From: Torpedo marmorata
Taxonomy: Eukaryota
Assembly: GCA_977017645.1 (NCBI GenBank)
Contig: OZ360242.1
Coordinates: forward strand, 52,390,001-52,454,000
DNA length: 64,000 nt
Reading direction: 5' to 3'
The notes under the pieces were generated by a model. It saw only the letters and a list, made by a program, of their open reading frames with translations, made no database searches and was not told where the DNA came from. Positions 12,072 through 24,216 of the stretch are shown in pieces (positions within the stretch are counted from its first letter, which is position 1; each line of letters begins with the position of its first letter). The position numbers and the translations under genes are program-made.

Positions 12072-12752
12072 CCATATATGCCATTGTAAAGGATGACTCT
12101 GGATAGGACGACCCTGGAATTTCCACCTAAAATGGTGGTTTTGGGTGATACCCTTTGTATAAGGCGTCCCAAATCTGGCACTTACCGCTGACCAGTGGAT
12201 GCTGTTAAAAGCAAATCACAATATTTTAATAACAAATGATCATTTAAAGGTTTAAATTTTATTTGGATATTTTAAAATAAATCACTGTCGGGTCCTGTCA
12301 ACAGGCCGTTTAAAGCCTGTACAGAGCTGACAGCAGTCAGACTGGGCAGATGAACCCCGCGGAGGAGCGCTGAGACTTCGCAAATAACTACAGGTATACC
12401 CCGCTTTCCGAATACTCGCTTTTACGAAGAAACCTGTGTTCGCTATCCAAAAGAAATCTGAATGGGTTTTGAATGGGTTTTTGCTTTTACGAAAATAGCC
12501 TTCAATAGTAGTGAATGGGTCTTCGCTTTACGCCATTTCGGATTACGAAAGGTTTCATAGGAACGCTCTACTTTCGTAAAGCGGGGTATACCTGTAATGG
12601 GGCATGCACGAGATTGCGTAAGAGCCGGCAGGAAGATGGTGGGGTTGTTGAGACTTCGCCATCAAGGTAAGAATTTTAGACCCGGCGTATAGGACGACCC
12701 GATTTTAAGGTGAAAATTTTGTTTCGAGGTTCGTCCTATACAACGGCATATA
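12072..12752. mobile_element. Tc2-like non-autonomous DNA transposon containing a nested Tigger MITE
   Basis: Degenerate TIRs ccatatatgccattgtaaagga and tcctatacaacggcatatac. Confidence 0.6.
12391..12594. mobile_element. Tigger-like MITE
   Basis: ta|caggtataccccgcttt...aaagcggggtatacctg|ta: a perfect 17-bp TIR with TA TSD. Confidence 0.85.
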
Positions 12753-12835
12753 CTTTATTTTTTAAGTGTCTCCTTGGGTAATTACAAAGCTTAAGGTGAG
12801 CTAAAATGTCGCTTTATTAAAGCTACAGATGCTGG

Positions 12836-12980
12836 TGTTACAAATTCAAACCAGCAACGACAGAAGACAATGCAAAAGGGGTAAAATTGAAATTTATATT
12901 TATTAAAGACAATTAAACATATAATTTCACAACAATTAACCCCACTATAAACGTCTATAAACACTATTCTTACCTAAAAG

Positions 12981-13029
<49 letters not shown>

Positions 13030-13800
13030 GCCCAGACCATTACAGTCTGTGCCCAACCCTCATGTAAAAATGGAAAAACTTTCCCCAAAAACCCCAGGTC
13101 AGTCATAAAAACAAGTCAGTCAAAAAAAAAATTCAGTCCACAAAAATTCACTCTCTATGTTCAGGGTCCAAATTCAGCTCTGTGTGCGGGCAAGCAGGAC
13201 TTCTTAATGAACGTTGGAGAGAGACAATGACTGTTTATGCTTACGAATACTTGGCTTGCTTTTCTTCTCTGATGACTTTCCCTTCTGGTGTTTTCACAAC
13301 GATTGCGAATTCAAATCCGTTTTGGATTTAGGCATGTACTTGGATCTCACAGCCGGTTCCTCACAAAAGCTGTTCTCAACTCAGGATTCTGCCGAATCAT
13401 CAGGCCTTGTTTTTCTCCCAGCCGTTTCCCCTGGGATGCACAAGCCTGGACTTTTCTGATTCAAGAGACTCTGTGCTATTCTCCCCACTTCTTCTCTGGG
13501 ATGCACAAGCCTGGATCCTGCTGAGTTCAACCGCCTTTGCAACTCCAAAACTGCCACTGATTTAGTTTTCCACTTCAGGCCTTACAGTAGAGAGAGAGTT
13601 TCTCTAGCTTTCTTCTTCCAAAGTTTCACACCCAAGTATATTTCTACAGTTTGTCTCCCCCTGATGTCTCTCTTTGGTAAATACAAGAAGTCCTGGGCAA
13701 GTTAACTCTTTCAGTACCAGGTCCCAGTGTGTACTCCAAAAAAACTTCATCCTTCCTGCTTACCGTCTGCAGTCCAAACTGTCAGTCATGGTCCATAACA
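12836..13800 (-). mobile_element. Solo LTR inserted in a Penelope-derived relic (12822-12835 and 13801-13915)
   Basis: Ends are tgtta...taaca, with a 4-bp TSD ctgg at 12832-12835 and 13801-13804. Confidence 0.75.
12983..13026. repeat. (GT)22 microsatellite inside the solo LTR
   Basis: Read directly from the sequence. Confidence 0.95.
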
Positions 13801-14488
13801 CTGGAATCTTGAGCAGACAAAAAAAATTGCTGGAGGAACGAACTCAGCAGGTCAGACAGTATCCATGGGTAGAAATGGTCAGTCAACGATTTGGGTCAGG
13901 ACCCTTTATCAAGTCCAAAAAAATGAGCCCAAGTTGAAGTGTGTAGCCCAGACAAAGCTTTCAGCATTAAATGCTGCTGTTCATTTTATTTTGCCCAAGA
14001 ACCAGTCCAGTTGTTATACTGATTTCTCTTAATATATAGTTTTACAATTTTATTTAGACAACTACATATCCACCTGGAAATAAAAAATGTACTTTAAACT
14101 TTGGAAAATTAAACAAAGGACAATATAAAAGAGTACAGTGGTAATGTTATGTAAATGACACCATTAACACTATTTATGCTTCACGTAAGGAACATAAAAT
14201 GAATGAATTACCCTAATTCTGACCATTTCCTAGAAACTACCGCAACCTTTAACCAATGCAGTTATGAAGTTAGTTGGAAGTTGCTGTTCCCCTTCCACGC
14301 AGTTTTAGAAAAAAAGAAAGCTCTCCACATGAAAATAAATATGCTAAAAAATATTCTCCACTGGAAATTCACCCAGGAATCCAAGTCATCATAATACCAC
14401 GTGTAAACTGTTCTTTTGCTTCTTATTTCATTTTACAAGTTCCCAATTGTAACTTTCCACATAGTTCTCAATAATATCCCCCTTGTCA

Positions 14489-14494
14489 TTTATT
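14489..14494 (-). terminator. Candidate RMI2 polyadenylation signal AATAAA
   Basis: tttatt on the plus strand, ~230 nt downstream of the RMI2 stop codon. Confidence 0.45.
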
Positions 14495-14721
14495 AATACA
14501 GTATGTAACAAGATCCTAGAAATTCAAGTTCTACCCAGGATGATAATGAATCAGTAAGTAACAGAAAGATTTTGCTTTTCAATTCCTATCCACTGTGGCA
14601 GGATTCCTTCTGAACAAATCAGAAACTCTCAAAGAACTCGTATCCTCATTTTGTTTCCATATTGATCACATTCTTTGCATTTCAAGTTGCTATGTCAAGT
14701 CTGCTTTTTTTTTGCACAATT

Positions 14722-14870
14722 TTATAGCACGTTTTGTTGGAGGTCCTCCACTTCAAATCTCCACATGTCCCTATGCAAAGGATTACCAGAGAGATCGGTC
14801 ACCTTGACAGCACGCAGAACAGGTTCGGGTCTGCAAGACTGGACTACTCCCATCACCATCACATATTTTC
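14722..14870 (-). CDS. RMI2: RecQ-mediated genome instability protein 2, coding exon 2 (last exon)
   Basis: Acceptor tttcttacag|. It translates (G)[48 protein letters not shown], matching the human RMI2 C-terminus ([17 protein letters not shown]...MWELEVEDLH). Phase 1 matches exon 1. Confidence 0.96.
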
Positions 14871-15374
14871 CTGTAAGAAAATATTTCAGTAGTTAAGGTT
14901 CTCAAAGTCCCAAGACTGGCATTTAAAGACAAATACACCAGGTAGTACAAAAGTGAAACAAAGGGTTGGAAATGCTCAGCAGGTTAGGCGTTACCTGTGC
15001 AGAAAAAAACGGGTTACAGCTGGCCTTTGAGAGAACTTGTATTTAATTCTTTCAAATGTACTAATGAAACATATTCTGCAAACAATAAGTGTAATGGTAT
15101 TACATAATGCAATCTGTCACATATAGAACATAGTAATGAATGTTACTATGTTATTATGTTACATCATAAACATAGCACAGTACAGGCCCTTTGGCCCAGT
15201 GTTGTGCCCTCCAGACTGCATAACCCTCCAATTTATTGGTGCACAAATAAATTTATATCCATTTTTCAAACCATAAGAAGCAATACAGCATGCACTAATC
15301 GCAGCATACTTCATTGTGCAAAATTATTGGAAATCATTAAAGCAGCTGTAAATCCAGTTGACCTATTACTGCAC

Positions 15375-16037
15375 TCATTGGCTGTTGTGGTTCTGACAAC
15401 AATGATCCTGATAAGTGATGATCCTGCTAAGTTATACAAGGATAAGACGCCCCGACCACGGACTCTGGCCTAGGCCCCGGCCAGCCACCCTCCGGAGCTC
15501 CCGATGCTACGACCGTGGACTCTGGCCTGGGGCCCGGCCGCCCACCCACCGGAACTCCCGACGCCATGACCGTGGACTCTGGCATAGGCCCCGGCTGCCT
15601 GCTCACCAGAGCTCCCGACGCTACGAGCACGGACTCTCACCTAGGCCCCGGCCACCCACCCATCCAAGCTCCTGACGCCCTGACCGCGGGCTCTCGCCTA
15701 GGCCAACAGCTGCCTGCCCATCCGAGCTCCCGACACTCCGACCGCGGATTCTCGCCTACGACCCAGCCACCCACCCATCCACGCTCCCGGCGCCCCAGCC
15801 ACCCTCCCATCCGAGCTCCTGACGTCCCTGCCGCCCGCACGCCCATCTGAGCTCCCGAAGCACTGAACTCGGACATCACCTGGTCCCAACCACCCGCCCG
15901 GCCATCCAAGCTCCCAACGCCCTGAACGACGCAGGTACTTACCGTGGTCAAAAGTAGTATGCGTGTAATAGTCAACCCCATAAATTTTATCCTAAAAATT
16001 GGCCCACAAAATTCAACTATTATACGAGTATATACAG
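15375..16037. mobile_element. Tc2-like non-autonomous element with a ~57-bp minisatellite (paralog of 885-2959)
   Basis: Near-identical start 'tcattggctgttgtggttctgacaacaatgatcc', and the end 'tatacgagtatatacag|ta'. Confidence 0.75.
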
Positions 16038-16074
16038 TATGTGTACTTTTTGATTATTGAAACTAATACAAATT

Positions 16075-16270
16075 AGCAGTTTAAAAACGACATACATGAA
16101 TAAATATTATTACGTACATGTATTTCTTAATATTTGTATAAAATTTTTGTAATAAAATGTGCATGTAAGAGTAAAAACGTGTATGCAATATTTTTTTATG
16201 TCTTGCGGCTCTCAAACATCTGAAGTTTATCATATGTGGCTCTTACGTTAAGCAAGTTTGGCCAGCCCTG
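16075..16270. mobile_element. hAT MITE fragment
   Basis: It ends 'gtggctcttacgttaagcaagtttggccagccctg', a CAGGG-type hAT TIR. Confidence 0.5.
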
Positions 16271-16353
16271 ACACAAACAGTAAATTGTAGGGCCCAAGAG
16301 AGTGTTGATGAACAGATCAAGTCTACAGATCCCCAAAAGTGGCAACACAAGTA

Positions 16354-16784
16354 CAGGTAGACCCCGACATATGATGGGGTTTGGTTCCGGGACTCGCATC
16401 GTAAGTCAAAATTATCGTAAGTCAAAACAATACCGCACTCTACTGTTTTTTAAAAAATTTAAACACTGTAAACCTTTATTCAAAAGCCATTTACACTGAA
16501 AAAAACATTACTGCAATGTACACAGCTGAAAGCACACTAGGCTTGAAGTATATTTGAAGCATTGCACTAAGATTGGTCGTTGGTTGGTGAGTATGAATCG
16601 GATGCGAGGGTGGCCGGTGCAAGGACCCGCGGTTGGGAGCTCGGATGCGCGGGTGGCCGGGGAGAGCGTCACTGGGTCGCGTATCGCAAGTGCGGGAAAA
16701 CATCGGGACTCGAAAGTACAGATTTCTGACCATCGTAACTTCGAAATATCGTAAGTCGGAACATCGTAAGTCAGGGTCTATCTG
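16354..16784. mobile_element. Tigger-like MITE
   Basis: ta|caggtagaccccgacatatgatg...catcgtaagtcagggtctatctg|ta, with repeated atcgtaagtc motifs. Confidence 0.7.
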
Positions 16785-16799
16785 TAGATAGGATGGTGA

Positions 16800-17045
16800 A
16801 GGCAGCAAAGGAATGCTTGTCTTTCTCAGCCATGATATAGAATACAAGAACAGGGACATCATGTTACATAGTATGAAAGATTGGTTAGGCCACACCTGGT
16901 GTGTTGTGTAAAGCTCTAGTACCCACATTAGAGGAATGATGTGATTGTGCTGGAAAGGATGCAGAGGAGATTCAACAGGATGTTAGCTGGACTAGATAAA
17001 TTCATTTAAAAGGAGAAATTGTATAGGCTGGTTTGTATTCCCGGA
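16800..17045 (+). mobile_element. Degraded CR1 fragment
   Basis: 'gttaggccacacctgg...ctggaaaggatgcagaggagattcaacaggatg' corresponds to CR1 ORF2 VRPHLE...LERVQRRFTRM. Confidence 0.6.
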
Positions 17046-17152
17046 GTCTAGTTCAGGAATGTGGAACTCAGTTGCAGCAAGGATCAGCTTGACTGAACAC
17101 AGACCAGGAATGTAAACCAGGATTTTTCTGAGCTACCTTTCCCAATATCAAC

Positions 17153-18682
17153 CATCCGGGCAGACCCATTGTTTCTGCCTGCTCCTGCCCCATTGAACTA
17201 GTTTCATCGTACCTTGACTCCATCTTTTCTCCCCTGGTCCAATCCCTCCCCACCTACATCCGCGACACCTCACATGCCCTCCATCTCCTCAATGACTTCA
17301 GATTCCCTGAACCGGACCGCATCATCTTCACCATGGATGTCCAATCCCTTTATACCTCTATCACCCACACAGAAGGTCTGAAAGCACTTCACTTCTTCCT
17401 GGACCAAAGACCCGACCAGTCACCCTCTACCACCACCCTCCTCCGCCTGGCAGAACTTGTCCTCACTCTCAATAACTTCTCCTTCAACTCATCCCACTTC
17501 CTCCAAATCAAAGGAGTAGCCATGGGTACCCGCATGGGTCCCAGCTACGCCTGCCTGTTTGAGGGCTTTGTGGAGCAATCCATGCTGCAAGCCTACACAG
17601 GCAAGACCCCTAATCTCTTCCTCCGGTATATCGACGACTACATCGGGGCTGCCTCATGCACCCGCGATGAGCTTGTCAACTTCATCCACTTCGCATCCAA
17701 CTTTCACCACGATCTCAAACTCACCTGGTCCATCTCCGATAACACTCTCCCCTTCCTGGATCTCTCCGTCTCCATCTCGAGAGACAAGCTTTCCACCGAC
17801 ATTTACTACAAACCCTCCAACTCCCACAAGTATCTGGACTACACATCCTCACACCCTGTCCCCTGCAAGGACTCCATCCCCTTCTCTCAATTTCTCCGCC
17901 TCCGCCGCATCTGTTCCCAAGATGAGGTGTTCCACTCCAGATCTTCTGAAATGTCTGCCTTTTTCCACAAACGTGGCTTCCCCTCCACCACCATCAACTC
18001 AGCCCTCACCCGCATCTCCTCCATTTCCCGCTCATCTGCCCTGGCCCCCTCTGCCCCCAGACGCAACAAACATAGAATCCCCCTCATCTTCACCTACCAC
18101 CCCACCAGCTTCCGCATCCAACACATTATCCGCCGGAATTTCCGGCACTTACTACAGGATCCCACCACCAGACACACTTTTCCTTCTCCTCCCCTCTCGG
18201 CCTTCCGTAGGGACCGCTCCCTCCGTGATTCACTCGTGCACTCATCCCTCCCCACCCATCGCACCCCCGGAACCTTCCCCTGTGCCCGCAGGAGGTGCAA
18301 CACCTGCGCCCACACCTCCCCCCTCACCACGGTCCAGGGCCCCAAACGGGCCTTCCAAGTGAAACTACACTTCACTTGTACATCCAGAGAACTTATTTAC
18401 TGCATCCGGTGCTCCCTTTGTGGCTTTCTATACATTGGAGAGACCGGTCGTAGATTGGGAGACCGCTTTGCTGAGCACCTCCTCTCCGTCCGCAACAACA
18501 GCGACCTCCCAATAGCCAACCATTTCAATTCTGGGTCACACTCCCACACTCACATGTCTGTCCATGGCCTCATGTACTACCCCACCCAGACTACCCGCAA
18601 ATTGGAGGAACAACATCTCATATTCCGTCTCGGCACTCTCCAGCCAGATGGCATTAACATTGACTTTTCTGCTTTCCACTAA
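17153..18682 (+). CDS. Penelope RT + GIY-YIG endonuclease (frame open from the truncation point; first Met 17333)
   Basis: RT motifs GRPIVS, MDVQSLYT, GVAMGTRMGP and LRYIDD; GIY-YIG motif LIYCIRC..YIGETGRRLGDRFAEH. Confidence 0.9.
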   Translation, partial: HPGRPIVSACSCPIELVSSYLDSIFSPLVQSLPTYIRDTSHALHLLNDFRFPEPDRIIFTMDVQSLYTSITHTEGLKALHFFLDQRPDQSPSTTTLLRLAELVLTLNNFSFNSSHFLQIKGVAMGTRMGPSYACLFEGFVEQSMLQAYTGKTPNLFLRYIDDYIGAASCTRDELVNFIHFASNFHHDLKLTWSISDNTLPFLDLSVSISRDKLSTDIYYKPSNSHKYLDYTSSHPVPCKDSIPFSQFLRLRRICSQDEVFHSRSSEMSAFFHKRGFPSTTINSALTRISSISRSSALAPSAPRRNKHRIPLIFTYHPTSFRIQHIIRRNFRHLLQDPTTRHTFPSPPLSAFRRDRSLRDSLVHSSLPTHRTPGTFPCARRRCNTCAHTSPLTTVQGPKRAFQVKLHFTCTSRELIYCIRCSLCGFLYIGETGRRLGDRFAEHLLSVRNNSDLPIANHFNSGSHSHTHMSVHGLMYYPTQTTRKLEEQHLIFRLGTLQPDGINIDFSAFH

Positions 18683-18868
18683 ACCTGCTTGTCGTTCCCT
18701 TCCCCTCCCCCCTCACCTGTCCTTCCTGTTTTTTTCCACCCACCCAGCCATCCCTCCTCCCCCTCTTTGCTGCTGTCCCCTCCCTCCTTTCTCCACCTAT
18801 CATCTCCTGCCTTTGCCATCCCCCTTCCCCCCCTCACTCCTTTGTTCGGACGCCTGCCGGCATTTTCT

Positions 18869-18909
18869 CATACTTTGATGAAGGGCTCAAGCCCGAAACG
18901 TCGGTTATG
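18869..18909 (+). ncRNA. Minimal type I hammerhead ribozyme motif in the Penelope terminal repeat
   Basis: catact-TTGATGA-A-gggc(tcaa)gccc-GAAAC-GTC-ggttatg: catalytic core, 4-bp stem II, palindromic ACGT stem III and stem I catact/ggttatg. U3 replaces the canonical C3. Confidence 0.65.
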
Positions 18910-20552
18910 TATTTCTACCTTTGCTACATAAAAGACACTGTTTGACCTGCTGAGTTTCTCCAGCATTTGTGTTTTTTACTTCAACCACGGTGTCTACAGA
19001 TTTTCGTGTTTTACTTTCCCAATATCACTTTGGTAAACATATTTACTCTGAAGTCTGAAATTATTACTTTTATTACCACACAAGAAGTTTCCAAAAACAT
19101 GAATTGCCTGATCCAAAAGGCAAGTCTGACAACCTGCCTCAAGATATACTGCAAAGCCACTTTGTGAATAGCTGCCAGACAGATGACAAAAGCCGCGCCT
19201 TCCTTCCCTCCCAATCTGCTCCTGAACACCTTACCCCAATCCATTGCAAAACTTGTCCAACGATAATGCCTCGAATTCAATGGCTCTCCACTCATGTTAT
19301 CAATTTCTCCTCCTGCTTTTGCATTCTAACTTCATCCCTGGATCCCACAGTGGAAAACAAGCATACTCCTTAGCTCTCTCAGGCAGACTCTCCGAAAGGA
19401 GACTAACTTACTTCCACTCCAGTTCTGTGAATTCAAAGCTAATGAGCTTAAAGTACGACATGCAAATTCTGCCTCAGGCGGGTAGGAGATGCTTGACGGA
19501 GCGGATTGGTGGGAAATGTGGGAATTGGTGCACTCCTGCTGTTTAAGCGGAGCTTCTAACTCAGGATTCTCAATGCCATCCTAAATACATACATTTTATT
19601 TAATCTGACAAGGAGGCTTTCATACATCTCTGAATTGTTTCCTCTATCCATCTGGCAATCTATTGTTATGACAGACTTCAGAATACAATACCTGTTTTGA
19701 TTCCTAGCCAGTAGACCATGAACTTGCTCCTCCCTTTGACATGCATTTCTCCTCCTCCTTCTTTTCACACTGTGCTTTCTCCCCTCCACACTTACACCAG
19801 ACTACCACTTTCTCACATCATAGAGTCTGCATGGCTTTTTACTTGCCCTTCATGCCTCACTTAGATGTCAATATCAAACCGTTAGAGTGGCCAGACTTTG
19901 GTAGAACTGAGGTTCATGTCCGCCATTGCTGGGACAGTCCACGAGTGTCCTGGCATTCCAGGACATGGCCTTCATAACGAGTGGGTAGAAGTTGCCTTCC
20001 TTTACTTAGTTTATATTAGCCATTGATTATCAGCTTCCACATGAACATGACAGACCACCCAGTGGCAAACTGGTGAAAGGTGACGACAGACTCGGCTGTG
20101 CTGTAAGGGCATAAACGAATGTATGCGGGCATTTACCCACACACACGCATGGATACGTGTTGGTGCCTGTCAGCAGGTGCTGAGCATACACAACCTCTTT
20201 CCCACTGCCTCTTCCTCATTGCCCCTGCCAACTCCATTCCCTGCTCACTTTCCAACCTCCCCATCTCCAAACCTCTTTAGTTTCCCATCCTCAGAACCTT
20301 ACCTCTACCCTTTAAGAATCTCTCTTTTGAACCCTGTCACTTGGACCCTTCCACCTCTCTCCTTCTTCTGGCCATCTGCTCCACATTCCTCTGCACCATG
20401 TCATTTCCATCCCCCTCTACTACCCCAAGTCCGCCAGCTCTGAGAAACCTCGTATCCACCAACACCAAGTAGCATTCCCTTAACAAAAGACCATGTTGGC
20501 ACTCGGGATGGCTGATGGTGTGAAACATGAACTTCTGCAGAAGCTGTGATTG

Positions 20553-20660
20553 TAGTCAAAACACAGAAATGCTGGTGGAACTCAGCCAGTCTCGCAGCGT
20601 CTATAGAAGGTAAAGATATATTACCGACATTTCAGGCCTGAGCCCTTCTTCAAGGTGAAG
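20553..20660 (-). mobile_element. Penelope terminal-repeat relic with a hammerhead-like motif
   Basis: The minus strand reads ccttgaagaagggctcaggcctgaaatgtcgg...gctgagttccaccagcatttctgtgtttt. Confidence 0.65.
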
Positions 20661-21429
20661 AGAGATCTTCTTCAGGGAAGGCATCCTTTGAAGAGTTTTT
20701 GCAATGGAGCAACCTCTGGCTGATGCCAGCAGTTTTAATCGGCACACAGGAGTTACATTTGAAATCCTGTTCAACAACTAATGGTTCATCAACTTCATTG
20801 CCTAGGTCCATTTTACAGACTGTTAACTCTTGCTTACGAGAACGTGGAAGCTAAACTTCTACTTGATCTTTAAAACTGAAGAGAAAGAAAACCACAAACC
20901 AGTGTTGGTTTCTAGACTTGGCATTTGATATATGGTGAACTTTCAGCCAAACAGGTCACTATAACATATCAAAAGAATGTACCGAACAGAACCAAGAGCC
21001 TCTTTCCTCTGCTGCAGTTTCACTAGAACTTCACATCCTCTCATATTAACCATTAGTTGCACAAACATGTTATTGTGCAAGGAATTTTGACAAAGTTAAC
21101 CACACAATTGGTGCACTTCAACAGCAGATAAACTTTCACTTTCTCACTCATACAATAATTAGGCATCAAATTATGGTTTTAATATTCAAAGCTACTTAAA
21201 TTGCTAATGGCAGCTAAACCTCAAAGAATTCAATTCTAAAATGACACTTTCTCATTAGACGAAAAGATTTTTGCCTTCAAATCCCACTGATCATTTTACA
21301 GTAAAACCCCTGGTATCCAGAATTCAAGCAATTGGCAGCCTCAAGCAACCATCAAAAAAAAAATCAAGGAAAATAAATAATTTTTAAAAAATTTAATAAG
21401 AATAAAATAATAGGTAAAAAATACAAGTC

Positions 21430-23361
21430 AATTGGGATAAAAGTGAAGTTATGCCTCTTACAGAAGGAGATTACGCTATATGCAAAAGAAGTACCCAGTT
21501 TAAATGGCCACACAATGGAATAAAATACCTAGGGGTTCGGACAGATAATAAATTAAAGAACTTATACAAATGGAACTATGTACCATTGCTTAATAAGATT
21601 AAGGAGGATCTAGAGAAATGGATTAATCTACCAATCACATTGATAGGAAGAGTTAATTGTATTAAAATGAATATATTTCCAAGGATACAGTATTTGTATC
21701 AGACTATACCTATTTCACTACCACAGGTATTCTTTCAAGACTTAAATAAACAGGTGCGAAAGTTTTTATGGAAAGGAAAAATGTCAAGAGTATCGATGGA
21801 ACGTTTAACATGGAAATATGAAATGGGAGGTTTACAACTCCCTAATTTTAAGAACTATTATAGAGTGGCACAGATGCGTTTTATTGCTTCTTTTTTTGAA
21901 ACTGATGACCTGTGTGGGTTGGAATAGAGCTTGGAGAAATAGGAGAGAAGACACCACAAGAATTTATATACAAATGGAATTCAAAGCTGTTGACAGGTGT
22001 TAAAGAAACACCGTTATTAAAGCATCTGATCAATGCTTGGAATAAGGTTAATGACGATATAGGATTAAAAGGAAATATATCACCTAAAGTTCCATTGATA
22101 CAGAACAATTTGATACCATTTACAAAGGATAACCTTTTTTTAAATATATGGTCATTAAAAGGAATAAAGAAAATAGAAGATTGTTATGAAGGAAATCAAA
22201 TGATGTCATTCATACAATTACAGAATAAATACGGAATACCTAGAAATACATTTTTTTGCTATCTTCAATTAATAGCTTATTTAAGAGAAAAATTAGGTCC
22301 AGACATGTTGTTACAAGAGTGTAGTGAAGTAGAAACTATTATTAGGAAAGGAAATACTAAGAAATTTACTTCTATAGTATATTCTTTGCTACAGAGGGGA
22401 GCTCAAAAACGAGGACTTCATAAGTCCAGACAGAGATGGGAACAAGATTTTAATATTACAATTGATGAAAAAAGATGGTCGGATCTATGCTTAGATAGTA
22501 AGACTAATACTGTTAATGTAAGATATAGACTGGTACAGTACAACTTTTTACATCAAATATACCTCACACCACAAAAACTGAACAAGATGAACTCTGCAAT
22601 ACCAAATAGATGTTTTAGATGTGGAGAAGAAGAAGGAACATTCTTACATTCAACGTGGTCATGTTCAAAAGTGAAAGATTTTTGGACAGAGTTAGGAAAC
22701 CGGTTAAAACAAGTTACAGGTGTTACATTTCCTCAAAACCCTGACTTGTTCTTATTGGGGAATGTAGAGGGAGCTAGACCAAAATTGAAACTATCTATAT
22801 GGCAATTAAAATTCGTAAAAATTGCACTAGCAGTAGCTAGGAAATGTATAGCAGTGACTTGGAAATCGGATACAAATCTGAGTATGAATAGATGGAATTC
22901 AGAGATGCAGAGTTGTATCCCATTGGAAAAAATAACATATAGTATGAGGAATAAGTATGGACTCTTTTTACAAATTTGGCATCCATTTATCCAACTATTA
23001 GGAATGAATATTTAAATATGTTGCCCTACATCCCAGATCCCGCTGACTCTCTTAAGTTTAAACTTGAAGAATGAGCATTGTTGAAATATCTTGCATCGAG
23101 CCATGGATATGTACAGATATATTTTCACTTGTTCTTTTCCCTTCTCTTTTCTTTTTTCTTTGTTCTAGTATGGGGAGGGGATAAGGGATGGGAAGGATGG
23201 AGGGTGGGTTGTTTTAGCGAGGGTGGACTTAGATGGGGTTAGATTCATGGTAATACGAAATTTCTATGTATCGAACTTAACTAATGTTTACTGTGTATTT
23301 TGCATTATTTTGTATTATTGTGAAAAATTTGAAAATCTTAAAATAAAATATTTAAAAAAAA
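21430..23361 (+). mobile_element. L1 LINE, 5'-truncated, not inverted (ORF2 pieces 21451-21927 and 21912-23015)
   Basis: Motifs GIKYLG, GRVNCIKMN and GGLQLPNF, the C-terminal CFRC..FLHSTWSC knuckle, a G-rich 3' UTR, AATAAA plus A tail, and TSD aaaaaatacaagtc. Confidence 0.92.
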
Positions 23362-24216
23362 TACAAGTCCAAATCCAAATTTCTCCAATACTTTAAACAA
23401 AAAATCCCATTCCAATCTATCAAAAGCTTTTTCTGCATCTAATGCCACCGCAACACTTAATACTTTTCTTTTTTGAGCTAAATGAACAATACTAAGTAAC
23501 TTTGCTACATTGTCAGCTGCTTGTCTTTTTTTTTATAAAACCTGTTTGGTCCATATTTACTAATTTTGGCAAAAACTTTGTTATCCTATTGGCCAAGATT
23601 TTCGCTACAATTTTATAGTCTGCATTCAGTAATGAAATTGGTCTATATGATGAAGGTTTCAATGGGTCTCTATCCTTTTTTATAATTACTGTAATTATTG
23701 CTGTAGAAAAAGATTCTGGGAGTGTATGAGTCACAGATGCCTGCTGTAACATATCCATAAAGACAGGAATTAATAATTCCTTAAACTCTTTATAAAACTT
23801 TGGTGGAAAACCATCCTCTCCCGGTGCTTTATTACTTTGTAGTGAACTCATTGCATCTTTCACTTCTTTCTGCGTAAACTGGGTACTCAATTCTAATTGC
23901 TCTTGCATATTTAATCTTGGTAAATTTATCTGTGATAAATATCCATCAATTTTACTATCATCTTGCAAAGACTCAGAATTATATAAATCAGAATAAAAAT
24001 GTTTAAAAGAATCATTTATTATTTGAGGTTTATAACTAATAACATTAGCCTCGTTTTTAAACTGCATTAATTGTTCTTGATGCCTGTTCTGTTTTTAATT
24101 GCCATGCTAGTACTTTATGTGAACGTTCACCTAACTCATAATATCTTTGCTTGGTTCTTATAATAGTCTTCTCCGTTCTATGAGTCTGTAATACATTATA
24201 TTGAAGTTTTTTATTA

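Larger units (their letters stand above)
17151..19013 (+). mobile_element. Penelope-like retroelement, 5'-truncated, with a 14-bp TSD
   Basis: TSD ctttcccaatatca at 17137-17150 and 19014-19027. It carries an RT plus GIY-YIG ORF and a 3' terminal repeat with a hammerhead motif. Confidence 0.92.

Noticed and set aside
19420-19470. Peptide LMSLKY(D/N)M shared by the ORFs at 3366 and 19244, plus an octamer ATGCAAAT
   Set aside because: The similarity is too short and does not extend at DNA or protein level, so it is likely chance.
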